A stretch of DNA of 64,000 nucleotides, from NCBI GenBank assembly GCA_963786955.1, contig CAWBAT010000005.1, positions 160,001-224,000 on the forward strand. Reading direction: 5' to 3'. The notes under the pieces were generated by a model. That model did no database searches. It saw only the letters and a program-made list of their open reading frames with translations, and was not told the origin of the DNA. This DNA is from an uncultured Acidimicrobiia bacterium (GTDB lineage: Bacteria > Acidobacteriota > Terriglobia > Versatilivoradales > Versatilivoraceae). Positions 21,670 to 32,206 of the stretch are shown here, in pieces. The number at the start of each line of letters is the position of its first letter. Position 1 is the first letter of the stretch. Both the position numbers and the translations under genes were made by a program.

Positions 21670-22170
21670 GAAAGGCCCGGACGCTTTCCGAAAATTCCTG
21701 AGCCCAAAGATTCGAGCCGTCATAGAAGCAACGTTGCATAGCAAACCGCCGAATGCGACGCACTGGAGCACCCGCACGATGGCAGCGGCTCAGGGGCTTA
21801 GTGAAGCCACCATCCGGCGGGTCTGGAAACAACATAATCTGAAGCCCCACCTGAACGAAGACCTTTAAGCTCAGCCGAGACAAACGGTTTATCGAGAAAC
21901 TGCGTGACATTGTGGGCTTGTACCTGAATCCTCCCGATAAGTCGCTGGTGCTGTGCGTCGACGAGAAATCGCAGATTCAAGCCTGGATCGAACTCAGCCG
22001 GGGTTGCCTTTGAAGAAGCGGGCGTTGTGGCACCCTGACTCACGATTACAAACGCCACGGCACCACGACGCTGTATCGCCGCCTGAGCCTGCTGGACGGC
22101 CGCGTGATCGGCGATTGTATGCCGAGGCATCGCCACCAGGAGTTGATTCGGTTTTTGAAGCGGATCGAGC
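21670..22170 (+). pseudogene. IS630-family transposase fragment
   Basis: Across frameshifts it reads [49 protein letters not shown] and RHRHQE. Confidence 0.85.
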
Positions 22171-22539
22171 TGCCGATTCTAGCGATTCGGGGGGAGAGGA
22201 GATAATATTGGTTGAAATGCTGACCCAGGGCGGCGCGAGGAGCTCCTGCTCCTCGCTGGCCCTGGGCTAAAATTCTATCGCCCTTACAGGGCACTCAGGG
22301 GACGCAGCGGCATCCTGCCGCTGCAGTTCTCGAAAAATGTCCAATCGCCAGTCCGGGGTCAACGACTCCGGCTACAACAATTACCGAGAATTTGTGCAAA
22401 TTAGTATTAGCGTATCTGCAAGCTGCCAGTAGACAGGGTGGAGCGGGCGCTCCGTCGCACGCTGAACGCGCGCGCGGGGACAGCGGTCCCACGCGCGCGA
22501 TCCATCATCTGAAGGAGGGGGTAGTTGAGAAGACTTCTG

Positions 22540-24506
22540 CTAAGGTCGGGGTCGCTGGAGGCCCAAGGCCCTCATGCGGGAGTTCAAGGTAGAGGGGTTC
22601 ATTCCCAGGCGCTCAGCCGCGCCCCCCACTCCTGAGACGCGCCAACCCGCGGCGTCTAAGGCGAACTTCAGGTTACTTTTTTCGAGCTCTTCCATCTCTT
22701 GGGCGGTGCGAATCCGGATTGGATCGTCGGCTGCCTTCGCCACCGAAGCAGAGGATTTGCTAGACAGGCCTTCTGGCGCAAAGTCGGGCAGGGCTCGTGT
22801 CAAGTTCAGGTGACCATCGTGGGCGGTAATCACCGCCCGTTCGATCACATTCTCCAATTCGCGGACATTGCCAGGCCAAGGGTAAGACTTGAGCTTGTAC
22901 AGGCTCTCAGAAGACAGCGGCTGTAGCTTCTTACCTACCTTCTGAGCGAACTTCTGAGTGAACGCCGCTGCCAGCATCGGAATGTCTTCGCGGCGCTCGC
23001 GCAGCGGCGGCAAATGCAGAGGGAATACATGGAGGCGGTAGAAAAGGTCCTCACGGAAGCGTCCCTCCCGCACGGCTTGGAGCAGGTCGCAATTTGTTGC
23101 GGCGAGAACGCGCACATCGACCTTGCGGGTCAGGGAACTACCTACCGTTTCGAATTCTCCCTCCTGCAAAATCCGTAGCAGCTTGGCTTGCAGATCGACA
23201 GGCAGCTCGCCGATCTCATCGAGGAAAATGGTTCCGGTGTCAGCAAGAGCGAAGCGCCCTTCTCTTTTCAGTGTCGCACCGGTGAACGCGCCCTTTTCAT
23301 GACCGAACAGCTCGCTTTCTATCAGAGATGCAGGCAAGGCTGCGCAGTTCACTTTGACAAAAGGTTTGGAGCTACGCCCGCTGGCAGCGTGAATGGCCCG
23401 CGCGATCAGTTCCTTGCCGGTCCCCGTTTCGCCCGTAATCAATACCGTGGCATCGGTTCCTGCCACTTGTTGAACTTCGTCCAGGACCCGCGCAAGAGCT
23501 GGGCTGCGGCCCAGGATTTCCTCGAAATTGTGTTCTGCCTTGATCTCTTCCTTGAGGTACTCGGTTTCGGCCGTCAAAGCGTGGATGCGTTGTTCAGCTT
23601 CCAGCCGGTCGTTGATATTGCGGAGAATGAGTGTGTAATAGGTCTCGCTCTGCATCTCAAACCGGGACAGCGTCGCCTCAGCCGAAAATCCATGGCCGTT
23701 TGGACAAACGGCTCTCAGACCGCCAGGAATCCAGAGGTATTGCTGTCCTTCAGGCCGGGCATCGAGCTCCCGAATCAGGCGTTCAAGTTTCTCGGCTCCA
23801 TCTTCCGAGAGAAACTGGACAAAACGCTGGCCCATAATTCGCTGGTCAGAACAATTGAAAACCTTCTGTGTGGCGCGGTTGACCCGCGTCACCGTCAGGT
23901 TGTGGTCCAGCTCCATAATGGCGTCCATGGCGCTATCAACAAGTCGTCCGAGCTTCTCTTCGCGCTCGCGCACTTGCGACTCCGCCCGCATCCGCTGCAG
24001 TTCAGCCGCTGCTCGTGCCGCGAAGATGTGAAACAACGCCATATTCCGCGGACTTTCTGGCATTGGCCGCCGGTCCAATACGGCCAGGTGTCCCAGCACC
24101 TTCCCATCCAACCCCAACAACGGGACACCCAGATAACTGGCCACTCCGATGGATTGAATGCTCGGATCGTTCGGGTAAAGATCGATGACCCGATCCGGAT
24201 AATGCACAAGACGGGCGCCGGTGATCACAGCCTCGCAGGGCGTGCCGTCGATGACGTGCACTCGTATTTCTCCACCCATTGGCCGCCCAGCCAGAAAGCC
24301 AAAGCCCGCAAACGGCGCGGCCCTTCGAGGTATTCCGTGACCCAGGCGCCATAGGTGTCCAGGGCCCTGGCGAGGTTCTGGACTAGGGCCGAGAAAAATC
24401 CTTCTCCAGTCTGGATGGCAGTGCCCTCGAGGATCGTGCGCAACGCTTCGTCTTCATCAAGTCCTTTCAGGTTTGGGGATGCCGCTCTCTGATTATTAGC
24501 TTTCAT
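22540..24506 (-). CDS. Sigma54-dependent activator (GAF-PAS-AAA-HTH, FhlA-like); frameshift near 24260
   Basis: [23 protein letters not shown] and WPGNVREL motifs with a C-terminal HTH; the N-terminal GAF part lies in ORF 24225-24671. Confidence 0.9.
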
Positions 24507-25145
24507 GAGCCAATTCCTTGCGCGTACGGAATGACACCGATTATAACATCTTCTGGATTTCACGGCGGAGCGAAAATCAGGCGACGGTCCTCGAAGCCAG
24601 CTCCGCATTGCGATAAATTCGCCGCAGGCTCTTGCGAAATTGACGCATCTCCGAACCACAACCCAGCCCATTCCTTAGGGCCAACCATTGCGACAGAATC
24701 CGGAAGTAACCCCTTCTGCAGCTAGCGGCACGGCATCGCGAATCCGACAGCATACCCTTCGACACTTCTTCTAAGTCAAATTTGCAGTCCGGCACGGGCG
24801 ACGAAATCGATGAGATAACTGCCATTTTATTCATAAACAATTCTTATGCACGGTATTAGATCAATCAATTTGACAAATATTTTCCCCATCCCTAGACTCT
24901 GCGGATCAATACTCGGTTGTATTGATTCGAGCGCGCTACCGGTAGACAACAAATTCGTGGAGGGATTGCGGGGGGGGGGTATGCACGGAGGCCGCAAGTG
25001 CCAGCTGTTGCGTTACTTCCGTGCGGAAACTCCTGAAACCCGATGGGAATCTCAGGCGAATCGAATAATTCGTTTTCTGGAAGTCCGAGTCGACAAACAA
25101 AATTTCATTAGTCCAAAAGGGTTGCGCTGTCATTAGGGGCCTCAC

Positions 25146-25661
25146 ATGTCCGATTCGATCTCTGCAGGAAGGCCTGGAAAGATCCACATTCATTTATTGG
25201 ACTCATCGACGGGCCAATCCATTCAAAGCTGGAGGTTCGCAGACCGCCAGTTAATCCGCATTGGCCGCTCGGAAGAAAACCAAATTGTGATCACAGACCC
25301 GTCGGTTTCCCGCTTTCATGCCGAGTTGCAGTACCAGGGGGGACACTGGCAGGTGGTCAACTTCGGCAAGAATGGAATTCTCATCGGGGGCAAGAGCGTG
25401 TCGCAAACACGGATTGAGGATCATATGACCTTTCGTCTGGGTTCCTCGGGCCCTCTGTTCCGGTTTGGCTGGCGTGAAGTCAAATTTGAAGAGATGAATA
25501 CCATCTCGGGCGTTTCTTTCGTGCCAAGTCCGGCGATCAAGATTGATGAGGCTCAGAAGGACCTGCAAGTTAAGGAGATTGCCGAATCGGAATATTTTCA
25601 AAAGTTGCAGCGGGTCTCCCAGCAGCTTCGCAGCCAGACCAATAAGACGGAAACATCCTGA
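25146..25661 (+). CDS. FHA domain protein
   Basis: IGR...VSRFHA...NG motif. Confidence 0.88.
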   Translation: MSDSISAGRPGKIHIHLLDSSTGQSIQSWRFADRQLIRIGRSEENQIVITDPSVSRFHAELQYQGGHWQVVNFGKNGILIGGKSVSQTRIEDHMTFRLGSSGPLFRFGWREVKFEEMNTISGVSFVPSPAIKIDEAQKDLQVKEIAESEYFQKLQRVSQQLRSQTNKTETS

Positions 25662-25737
25662 TGACGATGGATTCCGTTGAACTGACTTAACCCAGTTACC
25701 CGGTGGGATTCCATCAACACTCTATTGGAGGGATCGT

Positions 25738-26508
25738 TTGGGGAAGATCATTTCGGTGCACTCATTCCGAGGAGGAACCGGAAAATCGAATCTCACTGCA
25801 AACCTGGCTGTCCGTGTAGCCTGCTTGGGCAGGCGGGTCGGCATTATTGACACGGACATCCAGTCTCCAGGCATCCATGTATTGTTCGGATTAAAGGAGC
25901 AGCAGACGAACCGCTCGCTCAACGACTACTTGTGGGGTCGATGCCCCATCGAGGAGACGGCTTACAACGTGTCTGAGTTTGTCCGCCACGAGGCACGGAC
26001 GCCCATCGAAATTCCAGAACTGTTTCTCATCCCGTCCAGTCTGAAAATTGCAGACATTGCCCGGATCCTTCAGCAGGGCTATGAGGTATCGCTCCTGAAC
26101 GATGGTTTTCGCGCCCTGATCAAGGAATTGAATCTCGATTACCTCTTCATTGACACCCATCCGGGAGTCAATGAGGAGACGCTGCTTTCGATCGCCATTT
26201 CTGACCAGTTGCTTGTCGTTCTTCGCCCCGATCACCAGGATTTTCAAGGAACGGCAGTCACGGTCGAGCTAGCCCGAAAACTTGACGTGCCGAAAATGTA
26301 CCTGTTAGTCAACAAGGTCCCGGCAGGGACCGATATCCAGGGGCTTCAGCAGCAGGTTGAATCCATTTACCGCGTTCCGATGTTGGCAGCCTTTCCTCTA
26401 AATATGGAAATGTTGCGTGTTGCCAGTAGCGGTATCTTTTGCCTCCGCTATCCCGACCATCCGTTTACTGAGGAGCTCAATCGTGTTGCCGGTCAATTGA
26501 CAGCTTGA
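25738..26508 (+). CDS. MinD/ParA family ATPase
   Basis: SFRGGTGKS, DTD and IDTHPG motifs. Confidence 0.88.
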   Translation: MGKIISVHSFRGGTGKSNLTANLAVRVACLGRRVGIIDTDIQSPGIHVLFGLKEQQTNRSLNDYLWGRCPIEETAYNVSEFVRHEARTPIEIPELFLIPSSLKIADIARILQQGYEVSLLNDGFRALIKELNLDYLFIDTHPGVNEETLLSIAISDQLLVVLRPDHQDFQGTAVTVELARKLDVPKMYLLVNKVPAGTDIQGLQQQVESIYRVPMLAAFPLNMEMLRVASSGIFCLRYPDHPFTEELNRVAGQLTA

Positions 26509-26571
26509 ACTACACCTCACAGAGGAGCCATTCATGCCGCGGCGCGGCGCCACTACGGATGAAAATAATCG

Positions 26572-26660
26572 TCCCTCCTTAGACAAGGGGGGAATTCAGG
26601 GGGGTGACGCGTGGAAGTTCGTCACCCCCCCCTAACCCCCTCCTTGTGCAAGGAGGGGGA
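26572..26660. repeat. CCCCTT...AAGGGG palindromic repeat doublet
   Basis: Related units at ~32137, 43528, 46695, 58530 and 62106. Confidence 0.7.
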
Positions 26661-26708
26661 ACGTTATTTTCAAGGGAGTTCAGGAAAACCTGAGAGGAGG
26701 CTGTCACG

Positions 26709-27719
26709 ATGACGGCGCAGAGCACTCATACGAACGAACTCGATTCCCTGCTGAAACGCATGAAATCTGCCGCCTCTCCGGCCCGCCTGGTTCTGCACGA
26801 ATTGCATACCAAATACAAGTCGGTCACAGACGGAAAAGTCGCCGACTATATTCCCGAACTTGCCAAAGCCGATCCCGAATGGTTTGGGATCAGTTTGGTC
26901 ACGGTCGACGGCAAGATCGTTGAAGTAGGCGACACCTCGCAAGCCTTCACGATTCAATCCATCGCAAAGCCTTTTGTGTATGGTCTCGCTCTCGAACACC
27001 ACGGCCGGGACCACGTTCTCACCAAAGTAGGTGTCGAGCCATCGGGGGAGGCGTTTAACTCCATTATTTTCGATGAGCGGTCGAACCGCCCTTTCAATCC
27101 GATGGTTAATGCCGGCGCAATTGCTTCGGCCGGACTGATTCCGGGCAAGGATCTAACCGAACGCATCCATCTCCTCCTCGACATGTTCCAACGTTATTCG
27201 GGTTCCAAAGTCTACGTCGACCCTGCCGTGTTTATGTCGGAACGGTCCACGGGACATCGCAATCGTGCCATCGGGCACCTCATGCTGAACTTTGGGATGA
27301 TCAGCGACCGCATCGAAGAAACCCTGGAGCTGTATTTCCAGGAGTGCTCAGTTCTAGTCAACTGCCACAACCTGGCAATGATGGCTGCAACGCTGGCGAA
27401 TTACGGAGTCAACCCTCAGACAGGCATCCGGGCGGTCGCAGAGGAGCATGTTAAAGATATCCTCGCCGTCATGTATACCTGCGGGATGTACGATTTCGCC
27501 GGCGAGTGGGCCTACAGCGTAGGTCTCCCGGCCAAAAGCGGCGTCAGCGGTGGAATTCTCGCGGTCGTGCCCGGCCGAATGGGAGTGGCGGTCTTTTCAC
27601 CCCGCCTCGACAGTAAAGGAAATAGCGTGCGCGGCATCCAGGTTTTCCAGGAGTTGTCTAGAAACTATGGATTCCACGTGTTTGGTCCCGAGTCCACGAG
27701 AAATTCCCTCGAGGTGTAG
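26709..27719 (+). CDS. glsA: Glutaminase A
   Basis: [35 protein letters not shown] and PAKSGVSG motifs. Confidence 0.95.
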   Translation: MTAQSTHTNELDSLLKRMKSAASPARLVLHELHTKYKSVTDGKVADYIPELAKADPEWFGISLVTVDGKIVEVGDTSQAFTIQSIAKPFVYGLALEHHGRDHVLTKVGVEPSGEAFNSIIFDERSNRPFNPMVNAGAIASAGLIPGKDLTERIHLLLDMFQRYSGSKVYVDPAVFMSERSTGHRNRAIGHLMLNFGMISDRIEETLELYFQECSVLVNCHNLAMMAATLANYGVNPQTGIRAVAEEHVKDILAVMYTCGMYDFAGEWAYSVGLPAKSGVSGGILAVVPGRMGVAVFSPRLDSKGNSVRGIQVFQELSRNYGFHVFGPESTRNSLEV

Positions 27720-27851
27720 CGGATTAGTATCTTTCCAGGGCCCTTCACCTCGGGTTACTTCTTCCAGTGATGCACCCCCTTTCTTCCCTTGGATTGATTT
27801 TCACAAAACCTGTTGTCATTCTAAGTCGTATTCAAACGGGCACAGTCTGAA

Positions 27852-28000
27852 ATCCCCTCAGCTGGAGGGGCTAGGGGTGGGTTCGTCAGTGACGACAAGC
27901 GGGCAGGATGTCCGCGCTCCCAGGGATAATCATACCCACCCCTGAGGTCTATTGACGCGTGAAGGCTTCTCAAGCCCTCACTCCCCTCCCGAGAGGGGAC
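27852..28000. repeat. Copy of the DUF559-flanking palindromic repeat
   Basis: 27935-28000 is the near reverse complement of 35068-35134. Confidence 0.8.
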
Positions 28001-28063
28001 TTGTTTCGATTCGCCTCCACTGGAGGGAAGAATTACTGGGAAACAGCATGTACTGCGTTGGGA

Positions 28064-29098
28064 TTAGTATCCGGAGGTGTGGTTGTTTAAGCCGAGGTTG
28101 ATGATTTTCTTGAGCAAGCATTCGTATTTAACCCCGGAGTGTTCGGCAGCCTGGGAAAAATCTTCGCCACAAGAAATATCAGGATTGGGATTGGCCTCCA
28201 GCAAATAGATTTGGCCATCTTCGGTCAAGCGATAGTCGAGCCGGGCATAGCCACTCAGGCTCAAGATTCGATAAATCCGCTTCGAAATATGAACGAATTT
28301 TTTCTGCAGCTCTGGAGTGAGTTCTGCCGCCCTGGTGATTACTCCGAGCTTCTCCTGATAAGCGTTGTCCCATTTGAGTTTGCTGGTCGCGATATAAGGG
28401 GCGCCCTCTGGAAGCTTGGTGATGATGAGCTCCCAGGGTGTATAGGTTTGCAAGTGCTGGTTGCCGATGACAGCCACATAGATTTCCCGTCCATCAATGT
28501 ATTGTTCGGCAATGGCGGGCGTGTTCGTTTGTCTGTGGACCAGCTTGACGCGTTCTTCTAACTTCTCGTCATCGTGCACCAGAGAGGCTTGGGAGATGCA
28601 AGCCGAACCTTCTTCGCTCAGTGATTTTACTAGGATGGGAAATTTGAGGCTCTTAGGCCGGCGTACTTTCCGATTGACTGGAAAAACGGCAAAGCTCGGA
28701 ACTTGAATACGGTGATAGGCCAGAATTTTTTTGGATAGGGCTTTGTCATGAGCCAGGGTCAACCCGCGTGGGTTACAGCCGGTATAAGATTGCTTCACCA
28801 GCTCCAGGAAACTAACGACGTGCTGATCATAGACCGCGTAGCCGTTGAATTCTTCCAGCAGGTTAAAGATGACGTGAGGCTTCTTCTCTTCCAATCCCTT
28901 TCGAATGGTGCCCAAATCGTCGTAGATGCCGATTGGTACTGCCTCGTGGCCCATTTTTCGAAGTGTAGAGATTACGTCAAATTCAGTCTTCCAAGGCTGG
29001 ATCTGGGCTTCCGTCAAACCTTCAATGGAGTCCGGGGGAACCAGCCCTTCTCGCACCATCACCAGGACTCGGAGTCCTTTTTTAACCTTGTCACTCAT
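28064..29098 (-). CDS. D-Ala-D-Ala ligase-like ATP-grasp protein
   Basis: DKALSK, EQYIDGRE, YARLD and LEANPNP motifs. Confidence 0.88.
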   Translation of the reverse strand: MSDKVKKGLRVLVMVREGLVPPDSIEGLTEAQIQPWKTEFDVISTLRKMGHEAVPIGIYDDLGTIRKGLEEKKPHVIFNLLEEFNGYAVYDQHVVSFLELVKQSYTGCNPRGLTLAHDKALSKKILAYHRIQVPSFAVFPVNRKVRRPKSLKFPILVKSLSEEGSACISQASLVHDDEKLEERVKLVHRQTNTPAIAEQYIDGREIYVAVIGNQHLQTYTPWELIITKLPEGAPYIATSKLKWDNAYQEKLGVITRAAELTPELQKKFVHISKRIYRILSLSGYARLDYRLTEDGQIYLLEANPNPDISCGEDFSQAAEHSGVKYECLLKKIINLGLNNHTSGY

Positions 29099-30189
29099 AC
29101 GGCAATTCTAAAATAGCCCGATTGGATGACGTTCATCGTCTGTACTTTCAATAGCGCCATCGTCTTGGCCTTGGCCTGACTCTCTGGTATGGCCACTCTT
29201 AGCTGCAGTTTCCGGGAACGATCAATCATGTCCTGAAGAAGTTGGTTGATCGTATAGGGGTGGACCCCAGTCCGCTCAGACACGCCTTCACAAATCTCGC
29301 GATTCACCGTGCGCAAGAATGCGGCTGCGCTCGGGCGCGCCGCGTGAAACGGCGCAGAGGAAAAAATACGATAAAGCCCTCGATCGTAGGACGTCGGCCA
29401 TTCAAAAGCATAATGCTGACACTTTTGCTGGTAATGTTCTCGCAAGGTTCGCTTAATCTCCGCCAAGGGCTCCACCCGGTGTCGGCGTCTGTTCTTTGGA
29501 GCAGTCTCCACAATTTCAGCCATCAGTTGTTCGATATACTCGAGCTTCCGCAGCGCCGGCCAGCCTTGGTAACGACGACGCCACCGTGATCGTGGGGTTA
29601 ACCAAACGGCAAAAGTTTCGGCGAAGTCCTCCGCCGGATGAACCTGAGCGTACCAAGCATTCAAGTGCAAGACATGGCGACGGCTGCTCGCCTTGGGTTT
29701 ATAAGAATCAGGATAAGGCTGGGTAAATGAACCGAAATGTTCGCGCCATTGACGTCTGTAATGAAGACGAAAAGCGTTGTCAAGGACGTGCCCGGCCTCA
29801 TGGCGCAAGATCCGCATACATTCTGTATCGGTACCTCCTTCGACTTGATGCATTTTTTTCCGTTCCAATTTCATCAAGCGGGGATGAGCTAGATAAAATG
29901 GGATCGCAATGCCGGGGACTCCATCCGGGGAAAACCACTCTTCCGAAAACCAGGTGTGGGGCTTTAAACGGATCCCGCGCTCAGCCAGTTCACCATACAA
30001 CCGGTTGACTCGTTCCTCCATCACGCTGCCTTCAATCTTTAAAGGCAAATCACACAGGCGAACTTCGAGCAACTCCTCATCTCCTAAATCTTCCCACCCA
30101 AGTTTGCGGTTCACGTTTTTGAATTCCCTTCGTGTTTGATTTTTGAAGATCCACATGATTAGAAAAACGGCGTCGCGGAAATCCGTCAT
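29095..30189 (-). CDS. Putative zinc-binding metallopeptidase
   Basis: HEAGH and YAQVHPAEDFAETFAVW; overlaps the ligase start by 4 nt. Confidence 0.85.
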   Translation of the reverse strand: MTDFRDAVFLIMWIFKNQTRREFKNVNRKLGWEDLGDEELLEVRLCDLPLKIEGSVMEERVNRLYGELAERGIRLKPHTWFSEEWFSPDGVPGIAIPFYLAHPRLMKLERKKMHQVEGGTDTECMRILRHEAGHVLDNAFRLHYRRQWREHFGSFTQPYPDSYKPKASSRRHVLHLNAWYAQVHPAEDFAETFAVWLTPRSRWRRRYQGWPALRKLEYIEQLMAEIVETAPKNRRRHRVEPLAEIKRTLREHYQQKCQHYAFEWPTSYDRGLYRIFSSAPFHAARPSAAAFLRTVNREICEGVSERTGVHPYTINQLLQDMIDRSRKLQLRVAIPESQAKAKTMALLKVQTMNVIQSGYFRIAV

Positions 30190-30459
30190 CCAAAAATTAT
30201 TCTCATGGACGGTCGAGCTCTCGCGAGACCGGATTCTCTACAGACCTGGAGGCCTGTCACTACTAAGCAGCGTCGCAAAGTTCCGCCCTCCAGATACGAT
30301 ATCACTTCGGAGGATCGAATTCACTTTCACCAGCCTACCTCGTTCCCTGCCCATTGTAACCCACAAGTTCTTCGGCAGAAACCGGCTGGCAGACCGTGAA
30401 TGGAGCAACCCCTTACACTACTTAGTGTTAACCCGTGCAAATAAAGAGAATCCCGTTGT

Positions 30460-31785
30460 TCAAGCCTGCTCCTGAGGCATCCGAAGCCCACAAACCAATG
30501 CAGCGCTCATAAAGAAGCAGCAGGAGAGAAAGATGACTGTTGTCCTGTAAGAATAGCCCTGCGATAAGAGGTTGCCGACAATATAGGGGCCCAAGAAAGA
30601 GCCCAGGGCGCTAAATATGTTGATTAATCCCGTGGCGGCCGCAGCGGACTGGCCAAGAATCAGACTCGGCAAAATCCAAAACGTAACGCCCCAGGACATC
30701 GACATGCCGCCGGTAAGGCATAGAAATAGAAATACGATCGGAAAGGGCAACCCCGGGAGAGCGCTGATCATGAAAAATATCCCTGCCATCACAAAGGGAA
30801 TCATCGTATGCAATTTGCGTTTTCCGGTACGATCCGAAGATTTCGCAAATAATGTAAGGGAGACCATCGCGCAGGCAAAAGGTAAGGCAGAAAGCACGGT
30901 GGAGGAAAATATCGATAGTCCCGACTGATTCTTGATGGTCGTGGGGAGCCAGAGGACAAATGCAAAAATTCCAATATTTCCAAAGAAAGTCGTAAACGCC
31001 ATCAAGATAACATTCCGTTGGCTCAGGCCTTTCCAGATCGACAAGTGACCCGATTTCTTCTTGTGTCTTTTTTCTTCTTCGAGGAGAGACGCCATCCACT
31101 CCCGTTCCTCGAGAGTGAGCCATTTGGCCTGCTTGGGATGGTCCGTCATATAAAACAAAGTTATGATGCCGCAGAGGATCGCCGGGAGACCTTCGAGAAT
31201 GAAGACCCACCGCCAGCCTGGAAGATCAAACCAATTGAGTCGCATGATGTAGGCTGATAGGGGAGCTCCAAAGACCAGGGAGGCAGGAGCTGCCATTGTA
31301 AAACCGGCCATCGCTTTGGCCCGGTCGCTGGTGTAGAACCAATGACTCAAATAAACCACGATGCCTGGAAAAAACCCCCCTTCGGCGACGCCCAGAAGAG
31401 TTCGGGTAATGTAAAACTGTGAACTGGTATGGACAAATCCGACGAGAATCGTGCAGAGCCCCCAGGTAATGAGGATCCTGGCCATCCACAGCCTGGCACT
31501 CCAGCGTTCCACAATGATGGCCCCTGGAATTTCCATCAGCAGATAACCGATAAAAAAGATACCCGCGCCAAGGCCATAGACGGCCTCAGAAAATCCCAGG
31601 TCCGATGCCATCGTCAGCTTGGCAAATGCGACGTTGGCCCGGTCGAGGTACGCAACGACATAGAGGATAAAAACAAAGGGCACGATCCGTCGAAAGATCT
31701 TCCTTCGAGTGCGATTGGCGACAACGTCTTCCGGGTCGCTCGTGCCGTTTGGAGACAAAGGACTCACTTGATTTCTCACTCTCAA
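30460..31785 (-). CDS. MFS transporter (ACS/tartrate-type)
   Basis: YLDRAN, FFIGY..MEIP, AEGGFFPG and GWRWVFILEG motifs. Confidence 0.93.
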   Translation of the reverse strand: MRVRNQVSPLSPNGTSDPEDVVANRTRRKIFRRIVPFVFILYVVAYLDRANVAFAKLTMASDLGFSEAVYGLGAGIFFIGYLLMEIPGAIIVERWSARLWMARILITWGLCTILVGFVHTSSQFYITRTLLGVAEGGFFPGIVVYLSHWFYTSDRAKAMAGFTMAAPASLVFGAPLSAYIMRLNWFDLPGWRWVFILEGLPAILCGIITLFYMTDHPKQAKWLTLEEREWMASLLEEEKRHKKKSGHLSIWKGLSQRNVILMAFTTFFGNIGIFAFVLWLPTTIKNQSGLSIFSSTVLSALPFACAMVSLTLFAKSSDRTGKRKLHTMIPFVMAGIFFMISALPGLPFPIVFLFLCLTGGMSMSWGVTFWILPSLILGQSAAAATGLINIFSALGSFLGPYIVGNLLSQGYSYRTTVIFLSCCFFMSAALVCGLRMPQEQA

Positions 31786-32206
31786 GACCTGTTGTTTGAA
31801 ACTGTTCTCTTCGATTCAGAGCAACTGAGCACCGTTACAAACGAAACAAATAATGCTATGAAGCCGGCAACGCCCCCACTCCCCTTCCCCTCTCCCCCGC
31901 TTTGGGAGGACGTTTCGCCGAATCCGAGGACTCTGAGGCGGGGGAGAGGGAGGTCATTCGGATGTTCATTCACCCCAGGGCGGCGCGCTCAGGCGCTTGC
32001 CCTGGGCTACAATCCGCGGCCCCTAAAGGGCCAAAAACTCGCTCGCCATCAGGCTTTCAGGTGCCCCCTTTACCCTAGCCTATTCCCACTTTGGGGAGAG
32101 GGAGAATTTAATTGTGGGAAGCAAGTACATCTTCGTCCCCCCTTGCACAAGGGGGGACTTGAGGGGGGTGAAGAATTACAGGCAAACAACCTTTAATTCG
32201 TCTGCA

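Noticed and set aside
23188-24354. 388-aa plus-strand ORF (and similar long antisense ORFs such as 332-1093, 36640-37368 and 60112-61062)
   Set aside because: These are shadows opposite well-supported genes and have no recognisable motifs.
28064-29098. Graspetide (ATP-grasp RiPP) cluster
   Set aside because: The ligase is Ddl-like and no repetitive precursor was found nearby.
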